In this document: one piece after another, positions 17,680 through 27,859 of the stretch | Layout of the letters: each line of letters begins with the position of its first letter | Numbering within the stretch: position 1 is the first letter of the stretch | From: Desulfobulbus propionicus DSM 2032 | GTDB taxonomy: Bacteria > Desulfobacterota > Desulfobulbia > Desulfobulbales > Desulfobulbaceae | Assembly (NCBI RefSeq): GCF_000186885.1 | Contig: NC_014972.1 | Coordinates: 1,530,001-1,562,000, forward strand | Direction: 5' to 3' | DNA length: 32,000 nucleotides | The notes under the pieces: generated by a model | The model's input: only the letters and a program-made list of their open reading frames with translations | The model's database searches: none | What the model was told of the DNA's origin: nothing | Made by a program: the position numbers and the translations under genes

Positions 17680-18561
17680 ATGGTAAACAGAATCGCTGAT
17701 CTGTCCACCCCCCTTTGCCGCAGGCGGCGGAGTGTAGCAGGAAAGCGCCTGCTTGACCAGCCGGAAGGCGGGCTTGTGTCCATTTCCAGGGAGTTTCTCG
17801 TGCCGCGATCCCAGGCCTGCCCCAGCAGCAACGATACCCTCTTTGACGGCCGGCTGATCTGCCGTCAGAGCGTGGATGGTTACCGTTTTTCCGTGGACGC
17901 GGTGCTCGCCGCCCATTTTGCCGCGCCCCGGGCCGGGGAGCGGCTGCTCGATCTGGGGTGTGGCTGCGGGGTGATAGGCCTGATCCTCGCCCACCGTCAT
18001 GCGCACATTGCGGTTGTCAGCCTGGAACTACAGGAGGAGCTCGCCGCCCTAACAGAAGAAAACAGCCGGCTCAACGGCTTTGGCGACCGGTTGCGGGTGG
18101 TCCGCGGCGACGTGCGCACCGTGGGGGAGGTCCTGCCGCCGGAAAGTGTTGATTGGGTGGTGTGCAATCCGCCTTATGGCAGGCCGGACAGCGGCCGCGT
18201 CAACCAGGATCGGCAGGCTGCCCGGGCACGGCATGAAGTGAGCGGCACCCTGGCGGATTTTGTCCGCGCCGCCGCCTTCTGCGTGCGCAATCGGGGGCGG
18301 GTGGTGTTTGTCTATCCAGCCCGGCGCTGCAACACCCTGTTGCAGGCCCTGCACACCCACCGGCTGACGCCCAAACGGCTGCAACCCGTCTATTCCTACC
18401 CTGGCACGGACAATGCCCGGCTGGTGTTGGTCGAGGCGATGAAGAACGGCGGCGAACAGATCGATATCCTGTCCCCTTTTTATCTCTACGAGCGGAAGAA
18501 CGGCGAATATACGCCGGCCATGCTGGCCCTGTACCGGGAGGACCCATGCTGGCCAAGGTGA
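17680..18561 (+). CDS. tRNA1(Val) N6-adenine methyltransferase-like (TrmN6/YfiC family) SAM-dependent methyltransferase
   Basis: LFDGRLICRQSVDGYRFSVDAVLAAHFAAPRAGERLLDLGCGCGVIGLILA...VDWVVCNPPYGRP. The start codon is uncertain. Confidence 0.82.
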   Translation: MVNRIADLSTPLCRRRRSVAGKRLLDQPEGGLVSISREFLVPRSQACPSSNDTLFDGRLICRQSVDGYRFSVDAVLAAHFAAPRAGERLLDLGCGCGVIGLILAHRHAHIAVVSLELQEELAALTEENSRLNGFGDRLRVVRGDVRTVGEVLPPESVDWVVCNPPYGRPDSGRVNQDRQAARARHEVSGTLADFVRAAAFCVRNRGRVVFVYPARRCNTLLQALHTHRLTPKRLQPVYSYPGTDNARLVLVEAMKNGGEQIDILSPFYLYERKNGEYTPAMLALYREDPCWPR

Positions 18562-20075
18562 TCAGCTGCGCGGTGGCCGGGGTCGACGGTCTGGCGGTGC
18601 GGGTGGAGGTCGATCTGGCCCAGGGACTGCCGTCGTTCTCCACCGTCGGCCTGGCCGAGGGGGCGGTGCGCGAGGCCAAGGACCGGGTGCGGGCGGCAAT
18701 CAAGAACACGGGGTACGAGTTCCCGCAGCGGCGGATCACCGTTAATCTTGCGCCAGCCTCGGTCAAGAAGGAGGGCACGGGCTACGATCTGCCGATCGCC
18801 CTGGGCATTCTCGCCGCCGGCGGGTTGCTGCCCCCTGATCCGCTTGAACAAACCGCCATTGCCGGCGAACTGTCGCTCGACGGTTCGGTCCGGCCGGTGC
18901 CCGGCGTGCTGCCCATGGCCTTGGCCGCCCGCCAGGAGGGGATTCGCCGTTTTCTCGTGCCCGCGGCCAATGCGGCCGAGGCGGCCATTGTCCAGGGGTT
19001 GGCGGTTTACGCCATCGAGCGGTTGGACCAGGCGGTGGACTTTCTTGCCGGCCGGACCGCGCTTGCACCCCTGGCCATCGATCCGGCCGAACTCTTTGCC
19101 CGCCACGAGGGCTACGCGGTCGATTTCGCCGATGTCAAGGGCCAGGAATATGCCAAGCGGGCCATGGAAATCGCCGCGGCTGGCGGACATAACATCCTGC
19201 TGACCGGCATTCCCGGGACCGGCAAAACCATGATGGCCCGGCGGCTGCCGACCATCCTTCCCGATCTGACCCTGGAAGAGGCCATCGAGACCACCAAGAT
19301 CTTTTCCACCGCCGGCCTGTTGCCGGAAAAGACGCCGCTGCTCACCACCCGGCCGTTCCGCGCGCCGCATCACACCGTGTCCGATGCCGGTCTGATCGGC
19401 GGCGGCCAGATTCCCCGCCCCGGCGAGGTTTCCCTGGCCCACAACGGGGTGCTTTTTCTCGACGAACTGCCGGAGTTCAAGAAACATGTGCTCGAGGTGC
19501 TGCGCCAGCCGCTGGAAGACGGCACGGTGACCATTGCCCGGGCCGCCACCAGCCTCAGCTTTCCGGCCCGGTTCACCCTGGTGGGGGCCATGAATCCCTG
19601 CCCGTGCGGTTATCTCGGCGACCGTATCCGGGCCTGCACCTGCACCCCGCTCCAGGTGCAGCGCTACCGCAGCCGGCTTTCCGGGCCATTGCTGGACCGG
19701 ATCGACATGCACATCGAGGTGCCGGCGGTGCAGGTCAAGGAGCTCATCGACCAGCCGAGCGGCGAACCCTCACACGCCATCCGCGCGCGGGTCAACCGGG
19801 CGCGAACGCGCCAGCGCCGGCGTTTTGCCGGTGCGGCGCGGCTCTACTGCAACGCCCAGATGAGCGCCAAGGAGGTGAAGAAGTTCTGCCGTCTCGATGG
19901 GGCCTCGGCCGAGCTGCTCAACCGGTCGATCACCAGCCTGGGATTGTCCGCCCGGGCCTACCATCGCATCCTCAAGATCGCCCTCACCATTGCCGATCTG
20001 GCCGGCGTCGACACGCCGACCACGGCCCATATTGCCGAAGCTATCCAGTACCGCCGGGTCCAGTACGATTTGTGA
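18546..20075 (+). CDS. comM: YifB/ComM family Mg-chelatase-like ATPase
   Basis: MLAKVISCAVAGVDGLAVRVEVDLAQGLPSFSTVGLAEGAVREAKDRVRAAIKNTGYEFP...GHNILLTGIPGTGKTMMARRLPTILP...MNPCPCGYLGD...SGPLLDRIDMHIEVP. It overlaps the methyltransferase gene. Confidence 0.95.
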   Translation: MLAKVISCAVAGVDGLAVRVEVDLAQGLPSFSTVGLAEGAVREAKDRVRAAIKNTGYEFPQRRITVNLAPASVKKEGTGYDLPIALGILAAGGLLPPDPLEQTAIAGELSLDGSVRPVPGVLPMALAARQEGIRRFLVPAANAAEAAIVQGLAVYAIERLDQAVDFLAGRTALAPLAIDPAELFARHEGYAVDFADVKGQEYAKRAMEIAAAGGHNILLTGIPGTGKTMMARRLPTILPDLTLEEAIETTKIFSTAGLLPEKTPLLTTRPFRAPHHTVSDAGLIGGGQIPRPGEVSLAHNGVLFLDELPEFKKHVLEVLRQPLEDGTVTIARAATSLSFPARFTLVGAMNPCPCGYLGDRIRACTCTPLQVQRYRSRLSGPLLDRIDMHIEVPAVQVKELIDQPSGEPSHAIRARVNRARTRQRRRFAGAARLYCNAQMSAKEVKKFCRLDGASAELLNRSITSLGLSARAYHRILKIALTIADLAGVDTPTTAHIAEAIQYRRVQYDL

Positions 20076-20093
20076 AGTCGTGCAGGGCAGGGT

Positions 20094-22586
20094 TCAAGGT
20101 GTCTCCCCGTCCAGCACCCTTCTGATGATTCGGGACAATTCCTCGAACCGGAAGGGCTTTTGCAGAAAATCGACCTCCTGATCAAGCATCCCGCGCTGGG
20201 CGATTGCCTCGGCGGTATAGCCGGACATGTAGAGCAGCTTCATGCCGGGTCGCATGGCGGTGAGCTGCCGGGCCAATTCCCTGCCATTCATTTCCGGCAT
20301 GATCACGTCGGTGAGCAGTAGATCGATTTTGCCTTCATGCCGCGCGGCCAGCCGCAGCGCCTCGCCCGGGGATTGAGCGCTCAGGACTCCATACCCCAGG
20401 GCGTCAAGCATGGTGCGGGCCACGTCGAGGATTCCCTGGTCATCCTCGACCAGCAGAAGGGTCTCGCCGTTTCCCGGCAGGACCGGTTCTGGCTGTTCCC
20501 GCCGTCCCGGCGCCTGTTCCCCCGCATGCACGGGCAGGTAAACGGAAAAGGTCGTGCCCCTGCCCGGTTCGCTGTCCGTGGCGATCAATGCCTGGTTCTG
20601 TTGGACAATGCCGTACACCGTGGCCAGGCCGAGCCCGGTGCCCAGTGCGCCCTTGGTGGTGAAAAACGGCTCGAACACCTTGCCGAGCAGCTCCGGTTCC
20701 ATGCCGCAGCCATCGTCGGCGACCGAGAGCACCACGTAATCCCGCTCCATGGCCTCGGGATGCGCGGCGCGGAACGCCGCGTCCGCCACGATGGTTGCCG
20801 TGCGCAGGGTGATGGTTCCCGTCCCCCTGATGGCGTCGCGGGCATTGACGCAGAGGTTGGCCAGGATCTGGTCGATTTGGGCCGGGTCGATGTTGATCGG
20901 CGGCAGCCCGGCCTGGGGCGACCAGATCAGTTCGATATCCTCGCCGATCAGCCGGCGCAGCATGGGCAGCATGCCCTCGACCACCTCGTTGAGGTCAAGG
21001 ATTTTGGGATCGATGGGCTGCTTGCGGGAGAAGGCCAGCAGTTGGCGGACGATATCGGCGGAGCGGTTGGCCGCCAGGTGGATGTTGCGCAGATCCTCAT
21101 GCACGGCGTGCCGGTCAGCGGTTTTTTGCAGGGCCATTTCGCAGTAGCCGATGATCACCGCCAGCAGGTTGTTGAAATCGTGCGCCACGCCGCCGGTCAG
21201 CCGACCGACGGATTCCATTTTCTGCGCTTGCAGATACTGTTCCTCCAGTTTGAGCTGGGCGGTGATGTCCCGCTTGATGGCCACGAAGTTGACAATGGCG
21301 CCGTGGTCATCGAAAACCGGGGAAATGGTGGCCTCCTCGGTATACAGGGTGCCGTCCTTGCGTTTGTTGATCAGCTGGCCGCTCCAGGTGCGCCCGCCGA
21401 CGATGGTTTCCCACAGGGTCTTGTAGAAGGCCTGGTCATGGGCGTCGCTTTTGAGGATGCGCGGATTCTGGCCGACCACCTCCGACACCGCGTAGCCGGT
21501 CACCCGGACAAAGGCTGGATTGGCGTACTGGATGGCGCCCTCGACATCGGTGATCACCACCACCTCGCCGGCCTGCTCGATCGCCACCCTGAGCCGCTCC
21601 AGATCGGCTTCGGCCTGCTTTCTCTGGCTGATGTCGCGGTAGATTGACTGGTAGGTGCCATTGGGCATCATCTTGGTGCGCATTTCCACGAACAGTTGCC
21701 TGCCGTCCGGCCGCACCAGGACCCGCTCGCTGAGCACCACTTGTCCCTGTCGCAGCAGATCGAAGCGAAACGGGCTTTCGGCCAGGCTTGCCTCGGTGAA
21801 GGGCAGCTCGCTGACATGCCGGCCGATCAGCGCCTCGCGCTCCATGCCAAGCATGGCGCACATCTGATTGTTGCTGTCGATGATCACCCCTTCCCGGGTG
21901 CCCAGGAGAATGCCGTCCACCGCCAGGTCGATCAGGGTGCGGTAGTAGTGTTCATTTTCCCGCAGCGATCGTTCCGTCTGCTTGAGGGCGGTGATGTCCA
22001 GGGCGGTGAAGGTCACTCCCTCCGCCAGACGATCGGCGAGGATGGGGGACGAGCTGAGAAGGATATCGAGCAGGGTGCCGTTCTTTCGCCGCCAGCGGGT
22101 TTCCACCGTGCCGATACCGGTTTGGCTGATCTGCTCGTATTTTTCGCTGCCCACGGCCTGGTACTCGGCGTCGCTGGGGTAGAAGATGCGGGTTGAGCGA
22201 CCGATCAGCTCTTCCCGGCTGTAGCCGGTCATGGCGCACAGCCGGTCATTGACGGTCAGGATGACCCGATTGCTGACCACGCCGATACCGGTGGGCGAGG
22301 CGCGGAAAATGCTGTCGAGATAGCGGCCGTTGTCCGCGCGGGGTCTGCGGGACGTGGCCAGCCGCCGGATCGTTTTGCGGGAAACGAACAAGAGCAGCAC
22401 GCCGGTGGCGCCGACCAGCGCCCACCAGCCCGAGGTCTGGCGGATCAGGGGCGACGGTTCCTCCCTGAAGAGAAAGGCCGTGGCCTGGTCGGCAAACAAG
22501 AACCACAGCAGGACCAGGCCGAGCGACAGTAGGATCGTCTTGACGCTTTCCGACAGCGGTTGGGATCGAATGCGGCGGAATTTCAT
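20094..22586 (-). CDS. Membrane-anchored multi-PAS hybrid histidine kinase with a C-terminal receiver domain
   Basis: N-terminal transmembrane helices, several PAS domains, the H-box SVGRLTGGVAHDFNNLLAVIIGYCEMAL, an ATPase domain (LCVNARDA, VLSVADDGCGM, GTGLGLATVYGIV) and the receiver LLLVEDDQGILD...LLLTDVIMPEMNG...KPF. The start was taken at MKFRRIRS. Confidence 0.93.
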   Translation of the reverse strand: MKFRRIRSQPLSESVKTILLSLGLVLLWFLFADQATAFLFREEPSPLIRQTSGWWALVGATGVLLLFVSRKTIRRLATSRRPRADNGRYLDSIFRASPTGIGVVSNRVILTVNDRLCAMTGYSREELIGRSTRIFYPSDAEYQAVGSEKYEQISQTGIGTVETRWRRKNGTLLDILLSSSPILADRLAEGVTFTALDITALKQTERSLRENEHYYRTLIDLAVDGILLGTREGVIIDSNNQMCAMLGMEREALIGRHVSELPFTEASLAESPFRFDLLRQGQVVLSERVLVRPDGRQLFVEMRTKMMPNGTYQSIYRDISQRKQAEADLERLRVAIEQAGEVVVITDVEGAIQYANPAFVRVTGYAVSEVVGQNPRILKSDAHDQAFYKTLWETIVGGRTWSGQLINKRKDGTLYTEEATISPVFDDHGAIVNFVAIKRDITAQLKLEEQYLQAQKMESVGRLTGGVAHDFNNLLAVIIGYCEMALQKTADRHAVHEDLRNIHLAANRSADIVRQLLAFSRKQPIDPKILDLNEVVEGMLPMLRRLIGEDIELIWSPQAGLPPINIDPAQIDQILANLCVNARDAIRGTGTITLRTATIVADAAFRAAHPEAMERDYVVLSVADDGCGMEPELLGKVFEPFFTTKGALGTGLGLATVYGIVQQNQALIATDSEPGRGTTFSVYLPVHAGEQAPGRREQPEPVLPGNGETLLLVEDDQGILDVARTMLDALGYGVLSAQSPGEALRLAARHEGKIDLLLTDVIMPEMNGRELARQLTAMRPGMKLLYMSGYTAEAIAQRGMLDQEVDFLQKPFRFEELSRIIRRVLDGETP

Positions 22587-22947
22587 CTGCTGCCTCCCGG
22601 CGGGAGGCGATGGTCCACGGAAACATCCAGGGCGACCGGTGTGGAGCGGACGACGGCACGACCCGCGGCCGGATGACCCGCGTGTTCGGGCCGCGGCGGG
22701 TCGTGATGCCTGACGGGCCGGAGAAAAAACGATGCGATCACTATCCTCTGGCGCATGGCGGTTGATCAATGTTGAGGGGGGCGACGGCGAGGACACCAAT
22801 ATACCGGCTCCATCCTACCCGAGGACAAACGAAAAGTATAGGCTTTCCAAGGGCTCCACGGGAGGCTACACTGGTGGCGGGTCAGTGATGCGCGGCTGTT
22901 CGGTGGTTTGGGACAGGTCGCTTCGCGTGGATCGGGGAGGAGGGGAT

Positions 22948-23247
22948 ATGGAGGCGAACAAGGCGGCGGGCAGTATCCGCCGGCAGCTGATCGAGTTGCT
23001 TGGCGAGGGACCCCAGGGGGTGCGGGAGCTTTCCCAGGAGCTGCACCAGAGCGAACGCGAGATCTACGAGCATTTGGTTCATGTCGAACGCACCCTCAGG
23101 GCCGAGGGGCGGCGGCTGGTGATCGAACCGCCGGTCTGTCTGAGCTGCGGCTTCGTGTTCGAGAAACGCGCCCGGCCCCAACCGCCCGGCCGCTGCCCCC
23201 GCTGCAAAAAGACCCATATCCGCCGCCCGCGTTACGGTATCGGGTGA
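22948..23247 (+). CDS. Predicted HTH plus Zn-ribbon transcriptional regulator (COG3357-like)
   Basis: HTH-like IRRQLIELLGEGPQGVRELSQELHQSEREIYEHLVHVERTLR and zinc ribbon CLSCGFVFEKRARPQPPGRCPRCKKTHI. The ATG at 22948 follows GGAGGAGG. Confidence 0.8.
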   Translation: MEANKAAGSIRRQLIELLGEGPQGVRELSQELHQSEREIYEHLVHVERTLRAEGRRLVIEPPVCLSCGFVFEKRARPQPPGRCPRCKKTHIRRPRYGIG

Positions 23248-23490
23248 AAGAACGCCGCCGCTTTTCAGCCGTTGCCCTTGGTTGGCCGATTCGCACGCGC
23301 CATGTGTGCGCGCTGCCCGGTTTTCTCGAACAATCTCTTGAAATACAAGCCTTTGTTGAGTATCACTTGGCGATTGCCGCCCCAGTGGCCGCCTTTTTTA
23401 ACCCGTCGCCGCCAGCCCTGCGCGTCCCCCGGCAGGCTTGATGGCGTCCGGGCCTGCATTGTTGTCCAACGGACAAAGGAAACGATCGTC

Positions 23491-25080
23491 ATGCCTGAGT
23501 TGATGTGGAAAGGGAAGGAACAGGTGATCAACCATCACCTCGAAGTGCCGGTACGGGTGCTGAAGCGGCATTTTGCCTTCAACGGCGACGCGGACGGCGT
23601 CAATTCCACCGGCAACACCATCATCCACGGCGACAACCTGGAAGCGCTCAAGGCGCTGCTGCCCGAGTACGAGGGCCGCATCCGCTGCATCTACATCGAT
23701 CCACCCTACAACACCGGCAACGAGTCGTGGGTGTACAACGACAACGTCAATGAGCCGCAGATCGTCAAGTGGCTCGGCCAGGTGGTGGGCAAGGACGGCG
23801 AGGATCTGTGCCGCCACGACAAGTGGCTGTGCATGATGTATCCGCGGTTGCAGCTGCTCCGGCGGCTGCTGGCCGAGGACGGCAGCATCTGGATTTCCAT
23901 CGACGACAACGAGCAGGCCCATCTGCGGGCGGTCATGGACGAGATTTTCGGCCAGCGGAACTTCATCACCACCGTTATCTGGCAAAAGGTCTATTCTCCG
24001 AAAAATTCGGCCCGTCATTTTTCCGAAGACCATGACTTCATCATGGTGTACGCGAAAAATGCCAGCCAATGGGTGCCCAACCCCATGCCGCGCACCGAGG
24101 CGCAGAACAAGGCCTACAAGAACTACGACCACGACCCGCGCGGTCCCTGGAAGGCGAGCGACCTTTCCGCCCGGAATTATTACGGCGAGGGCACCTATGC
24201 CATCACCTGTCCCTCGGGCCGGGTCATCGACGGCCCGCCCACAGGAATGTATTGGCGAGTATCACAGCAAAAATTCCTGGAAATGGACCGGGATAAGCGT
24301 ATCTGGTGGGGCAGGACCGGTGACAATGTACCGGCGATCAAGCGATTTCTCACCGATGTCAAACAGGGCGTGGTGCCGCAAACCCTATGGCCGTACCAGG
24401 AAGTCGGCCACACCCAGGACGCCAAGAAGGAACTGCTGGCGGTACTCGATTTCGCCACCTCGGCCGACGTGTTTGTCACCCCCAAGCCGACCCGGCTGAT
24501 CGACCGCATTCTCCACATCGCCACCGACAAAGATGCCATTATCCTCGATTCCTTTGCCGGTTCGGGCACCACCGGTCACGCGGTGCTCAACCTCAACCGC
24601 CAGGACGGCGGCAACCGCACCTTCATCCTCATCGAGATGATGGACTATGCCGAGACCATCACGGCCGAGCGGATCAAGCGGGTGATCAATGGGTATGGCG
24701 AGGGCAGCAAGGCCGTGGCCGGCACCGGCGGCGGCTTCACCTACTGCACCCTGGGCGAGCGGGTCTTTGACGACGAAGGCTTTCTCAACCCAAACCTCGA
24801 TCGGGCGGCCCTCCGCGACTATGTGGCCCGCTCCGAAGGGCTGCCGGGTGCGGAGGCGGGCGAGCATCCCCATTGGCTGGGCGAACGCGACCGCACCGGC
24901 TACTATTTCTATGACGACCCGGAGCGGCCCACGGTGCTTAACCTGGAATTCCTCGCCACCCTCACCCGCAGAAACGAGAGCTATCTCATCTATGCCGACT
25001 CGTGTCTGCTCGACGAGGCGTTCATGCAGCACCATCACATCCTGTTCAAAAAAATTCCCCGGGACATCTCCCGCTTCTAA
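23491..25080 (+). CDS. mod: Type III restriction-modification system DNA N6-adenine methyltransferase (Mod subunit), beta class
   Basis: TIIHGDNLEALKALLPEYEGRIRCIYIDPPYNTGNE (DPPY motif), GSIWISIDDNEQAHL and AIILDSFAGSGTTGHAVLNLN. Confidence 0.93.
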   Translation: MPELMWKGKEQVINHHLEVPVRVLKRHFAFNGDADGVNSTGNTIIHGDNLEALKALLPEYEGRIRCIYIDPPYNTGNESWVYNDNVNEPQIVKWLGQVVGKDGEDLCRHDKWLCMMYPRLQLLRRLLAEDGSIWISIDDNEQAHLRAVMDEIFGQRNFITTVIWQKVYSPKNSARHFSEDHDFIMVYAKNASQWVPNPMPRTEAQNKAYKNYDHDPRGPWKASDLSARNYYGEGTYAITCPSGRVIDGPPTGMYWRVSQQKFLEMDRDKRIWWGRTGDNVPAIKRFLTDVKQGVVPQTLWPYQEVGHTQDAKKELLAVLDFATSADVFVTPKPTRLIDRILHIATDKDAIILDSFAGSGTTGHAVLNLNRQDGGNRTFILIEMMDYAETITAERIKRVINGYGEGSKAVAGTGGGFTYCTLGERVFDDEGFLNPNLDRAALRDYVARSEGLPGAEAGEHPHWLGERDRTGYYFYDDPERPTVLNLEFLATLTRRNESYLIYADSCLLDEAFMQHHHILFKKIPRDISRF

Positions 25081-25089
25081 AGGTACCGC

Positions 25090-27738
25090 ATGGAACTGCT
25101 GCCCTATCAACAACAGGTAATCCGCGACCTCGCCGATTTCTTGGCGGAGGTGGAACGACTGGGCGACCTGCGCCAGGCCTTTGCCCGGTACTGGCAGGAG
25201 CGCGGTATTGCCCGGCCGGAGGCCTATCGCGACACCATCAAGGGCGTGCCGCATCTGTGCATCAAGGTACCCACCGGCGGCGGCAAAACCTTCATCGCCG
25301 CCAATGCGATCAAAACCATCTTTGACGCCTTGAGCGTCTATGCCCGGCCGGTGCCCCGGGCCGTGGTCTGGCTGGTGCCGTCCAACGCCATCCTCGAACA
25401 GACCGAGCGGAGCCTGGGCAGCCCGCGCCACCCCTACCGCCGCAAGCTCGACACCCTGTTCAACGGCCGGGTGCGGGTGTACACCAAGGACGAGCTGTTG
25501 CAGGGCGCCGGGTTCAACCCCGCCAGCGTGCATGAACATCTCAATATTTTCGTGCTCAGTTACGCCTCGTTCCGCACCAGCAACAAGGAGGGCCGCAAAG
25601 CCTACCAGGAAAATACGTTCCTTGCTTCCTTCACCCATCGGATGCAGGCCGAAGAATGCCTGACCGGCGTCGATGAATCGGCCCTGATCAATGTCATCCG
25701 CGCCATGAACCCGGTCTGTATTGTCGACGAAAGCCACAATGCCGGTTCGATCTTGAGCAAGGAGATGCTCGCCAATTTCAACCCCAGCCTGATTCTCGAC
25801 CTCACCGCCACCCCGAGGACGGACAGCAATATCATCAGCTACGTCGATGCGGCGCAGCTCAAGACCTGTCACATGGTCAAGCTGCCGGTGATTGTCTACA
25901 ACCACCGCTCCAGCAAGGAGGTGATCGGCAACGCCATCCAGTTGCGCAACAGTTTGGAACAGCAGGCACGGACGGAACAACAGGCGGGCGGCGACTACAT
26001 CCGGCCGATTGTCCTCTTTCAGGCCGAATCGAATACCGGCGACGAAGACCGGACCACCTTTGACGACATCAGGAAACGGCTGATCCATCTGGGCATCAGC
26101 GAAGAAGAGATTGCGATAAAAACGGCAAATATCGACGAGCTCAAAGATATCAGCCTTCTTTCGCCCGAATGTTCCATCCGCTACATCATCACCGTCAATG
26201 CGCTCAAGGAAGGCTGGGACTGCCCCTTTGCCTATATTCTGGCCACCATCGCCAACCGCCATTCCCGAGTGGACGTGGAGCAGATTGTCGGCCGGGTCTT
26301 GCGGCAACCCTATGCCCGGCGTCAGCACAACAACCTGCTCAACAATTCGTACGTTCTGGCCTCTTCCGCTGATTTCATCACCACCCTGGACAGGATTGTC
26401 GCCGGACTCAATCAAGCCGGTTTTTCCAAAAAGGATATGCGGGCCACGGATATGGCAACCGTGGAAGCCGAACCACAGGGACATGCCCCCGCGCCCCGGC
26501 AGCAGGGCTTGTTCGATCCGCCGGTTGCCGATGGACAGCAGCCGGAGGTGAACAGTGCGGAGAGGGAAGCCGTCGAATGGCCGGACAGCCTGACAGGGTC
26601 CTCGGATTCCACTGTTGGGCTGGGCGAGGCGTCCGCCCCGGATACCGCTGTTCAGGCGATACTGGCCCAGGCGGACAAGGAAAGCAGGGCATACGAACAA
26701 CAGGCCGCGCAAAGCGCCGCTGAGACGGTTCCGCTGGAGGTGAGGGAAAAAATGAATATATTCGGCATGGTCGCCCAATTTGCCCCGCTTGCCGTCACTC
26801 TCCGTTTACCGCAGTTTTTCATCCGGGTTCCGGGGATGAGCCTGTTTGGCGACGGCGCGACTCTCCTCAACAAAGAAGAGCTGTTACAAGGGTATCGCCT
26901 TAGCCAGGCCGATAGCCGGATCGATTTTCAGGCAATCGAAGGGGAGGCGTACCGGATCGACTTGGAGGAAGTGGGCGAGCATGATTACAAACCCCGTTTC
27001 TGGAAACTCCAGCATGCAAGCCGGGAACGGCTGGCCGAGTATTTGGTGGCGTTGCCTCCCGAACCGCAAAAACGGGAAATTGTTCAACGGCTGTGTGGGT
27101 TGATCGGTAATATGCGGCCCTTTGGCGATCAGGAGATAAAAAAATACGTGCAACGAATTGTGGATGATATGCACCCGGACCACATCCATGAATGCCTGAA
27201 CCGCATACGTGAATATAGCTACCGCGACAAAATCAAGGAGAAGATAACGGCCCTGGCCACAGATCACGCGGAGACTGTTTTTTATCAGTGGCTGGCGGCG
27301 GACAGAATTGAGATGCAGGCAAGCTATGCCCTGCCCGAGTCGATTGCCCCAGTGGCCGTTGCCCCGGCTATTCCGGCAAGCCTGTATTCGTCCGAGGGGC
27401 AGCTCAATTCCTGGGAGGCAAAGGTGATCAACGAGGTCGCCAATCTGGACAACATCCTGTTTTGGCACAAGATCATCGAGCGCAAGGGGTTTTGTATCAA
27501 CGGCTGTATCAACCATTATCCCGATTTTCTGGTGCGCACCAAAAACGGCAAGACCCTGTTGATCGAGGCCAAGGGCGACGACCGGGACAACTCCGATTCC
27601 AGCCGTAAACTCAAACTCGGTCAGGCTTGGGCGAACAAGGCGGGCAACGATTTTCGCTACTTCATGGTGTTTGACACCAATCCCGTCGAGGGGGCCTACC
27701 GGCTCGATGCCCTGGTGCCGGTGATCGCCAACCTTTGA
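25090..27738 (+). CDS. res: Type III restriction-modification system endonuclease/helicase (Res subunit)
   Basis: CIKVPTGGGKTFIAANAI (Walker A), CIVDESHNAG, LDLTATPR, VNALKEGWDCPFAYILATI, VDVEQIVGRVLRQP and the C-terminal PD-(D/E)xK motif YPDFLVRTKNGKTLLIEAKG. It lies 9 bp downstream of mod. Confidence 0.93.
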   Translation: MELLPYQQQVIRDLADFLAEVERLGDLRQAFARYWQERGIARPEAYRDTIKGVPHLCIKVPTGGGKTFIAANAIKTIFDALSVYARPVPRAVVWLVPSNAILEQTERSLGSPRHPYRRKLDTLFNGRVRVYTKDELLQGAGFNPASVHEHLNIFVLSYASFRTSNKEGRKAYQENTFLASFTHRMQAEECLTGVDESALINVIRAMNPVCIVDESHNAGSILSKEMLANFNPSLILDLTATPRTDSNIISYVDAAQLKTCHMVKLPVIVYNHRSSKEVIGNAIQLRNSLEQQARTEQQAGGDYIRPIVLFQAESNTGDEDRTTFDDIRKRLIHLGISEEEIAIKTANIDELKDISLLSPECSIRYIITVNALKEGWDCPFAYILATIANRHSRVDVEQIVGRVLRQPYARRQHNNLLNNSYVLASSADFITTLDRIVAGLNQAGFSKKDMRATDMATVEAEPQGHAPAPRQQGLFDPPVADGQQPEVNSAEREAVEWPDSLTGSSDSTVGLGEASAPDTAVQAILAQADKESRAYEQQAAQSAAETVPLEVREKMNIFGMVAQFAPLAVTLRLPQFFIRVPGMSLFGDGATLLNKEELLQGYRLSQADSRIDFQAIEGEAYRIDLEEVGEHDYKPRFWKLQHASRERLAEYLVALPPEPQKREIVQRLCGLIGNMRPFGDQEIKKYVQRIVDDMHPDHIHECLNRIREYSYRDKIKEKITALATDHAETVFYQWLAADRIEMQASYALPESIAPVAVAPAIPASLYSSEGQLNSWEAKVINEVANLDNILFWHKIIERKGFCINGCINHYPDFLVRTKNGKTLLIEAKGDDRDNSDSSRKLKLGQAWANKAGNDFRYFMVFDTNPVEGAYRLDALVPVIANL

Positions 27739-27859
27739 GCCTAGGTTTGCGGGTCGGGCGGGGTGTGCGCGGCACGCATACGGCTGATCACCCGGATCGT
27801 GCCTGAATCAATGCGTGAACTGGAGCTGCGGGAGGAGGGGGCAAAGGGGCGCACCGCCG

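Noticed and set aside
17605-17800. Possible preQ1 riboswitch upstream of queD
   Set aside because: I could not find a convincing preQ1 aptamer pattern in the leader. An Infernal search would be the decisive test.
18486-19712. 408-aa minus-strand ORF opposite comM
   Set aside because: Shadow ORF. The plus strand has convincing ComM Walker and MNPCPCG motifs.
24385-26778. 797-aa minus-strand ORF across mod/res
   Set aside because: It is antisense to two genes with full sets of catalytic motifs. The composition looks like a reverse-frame artefact.
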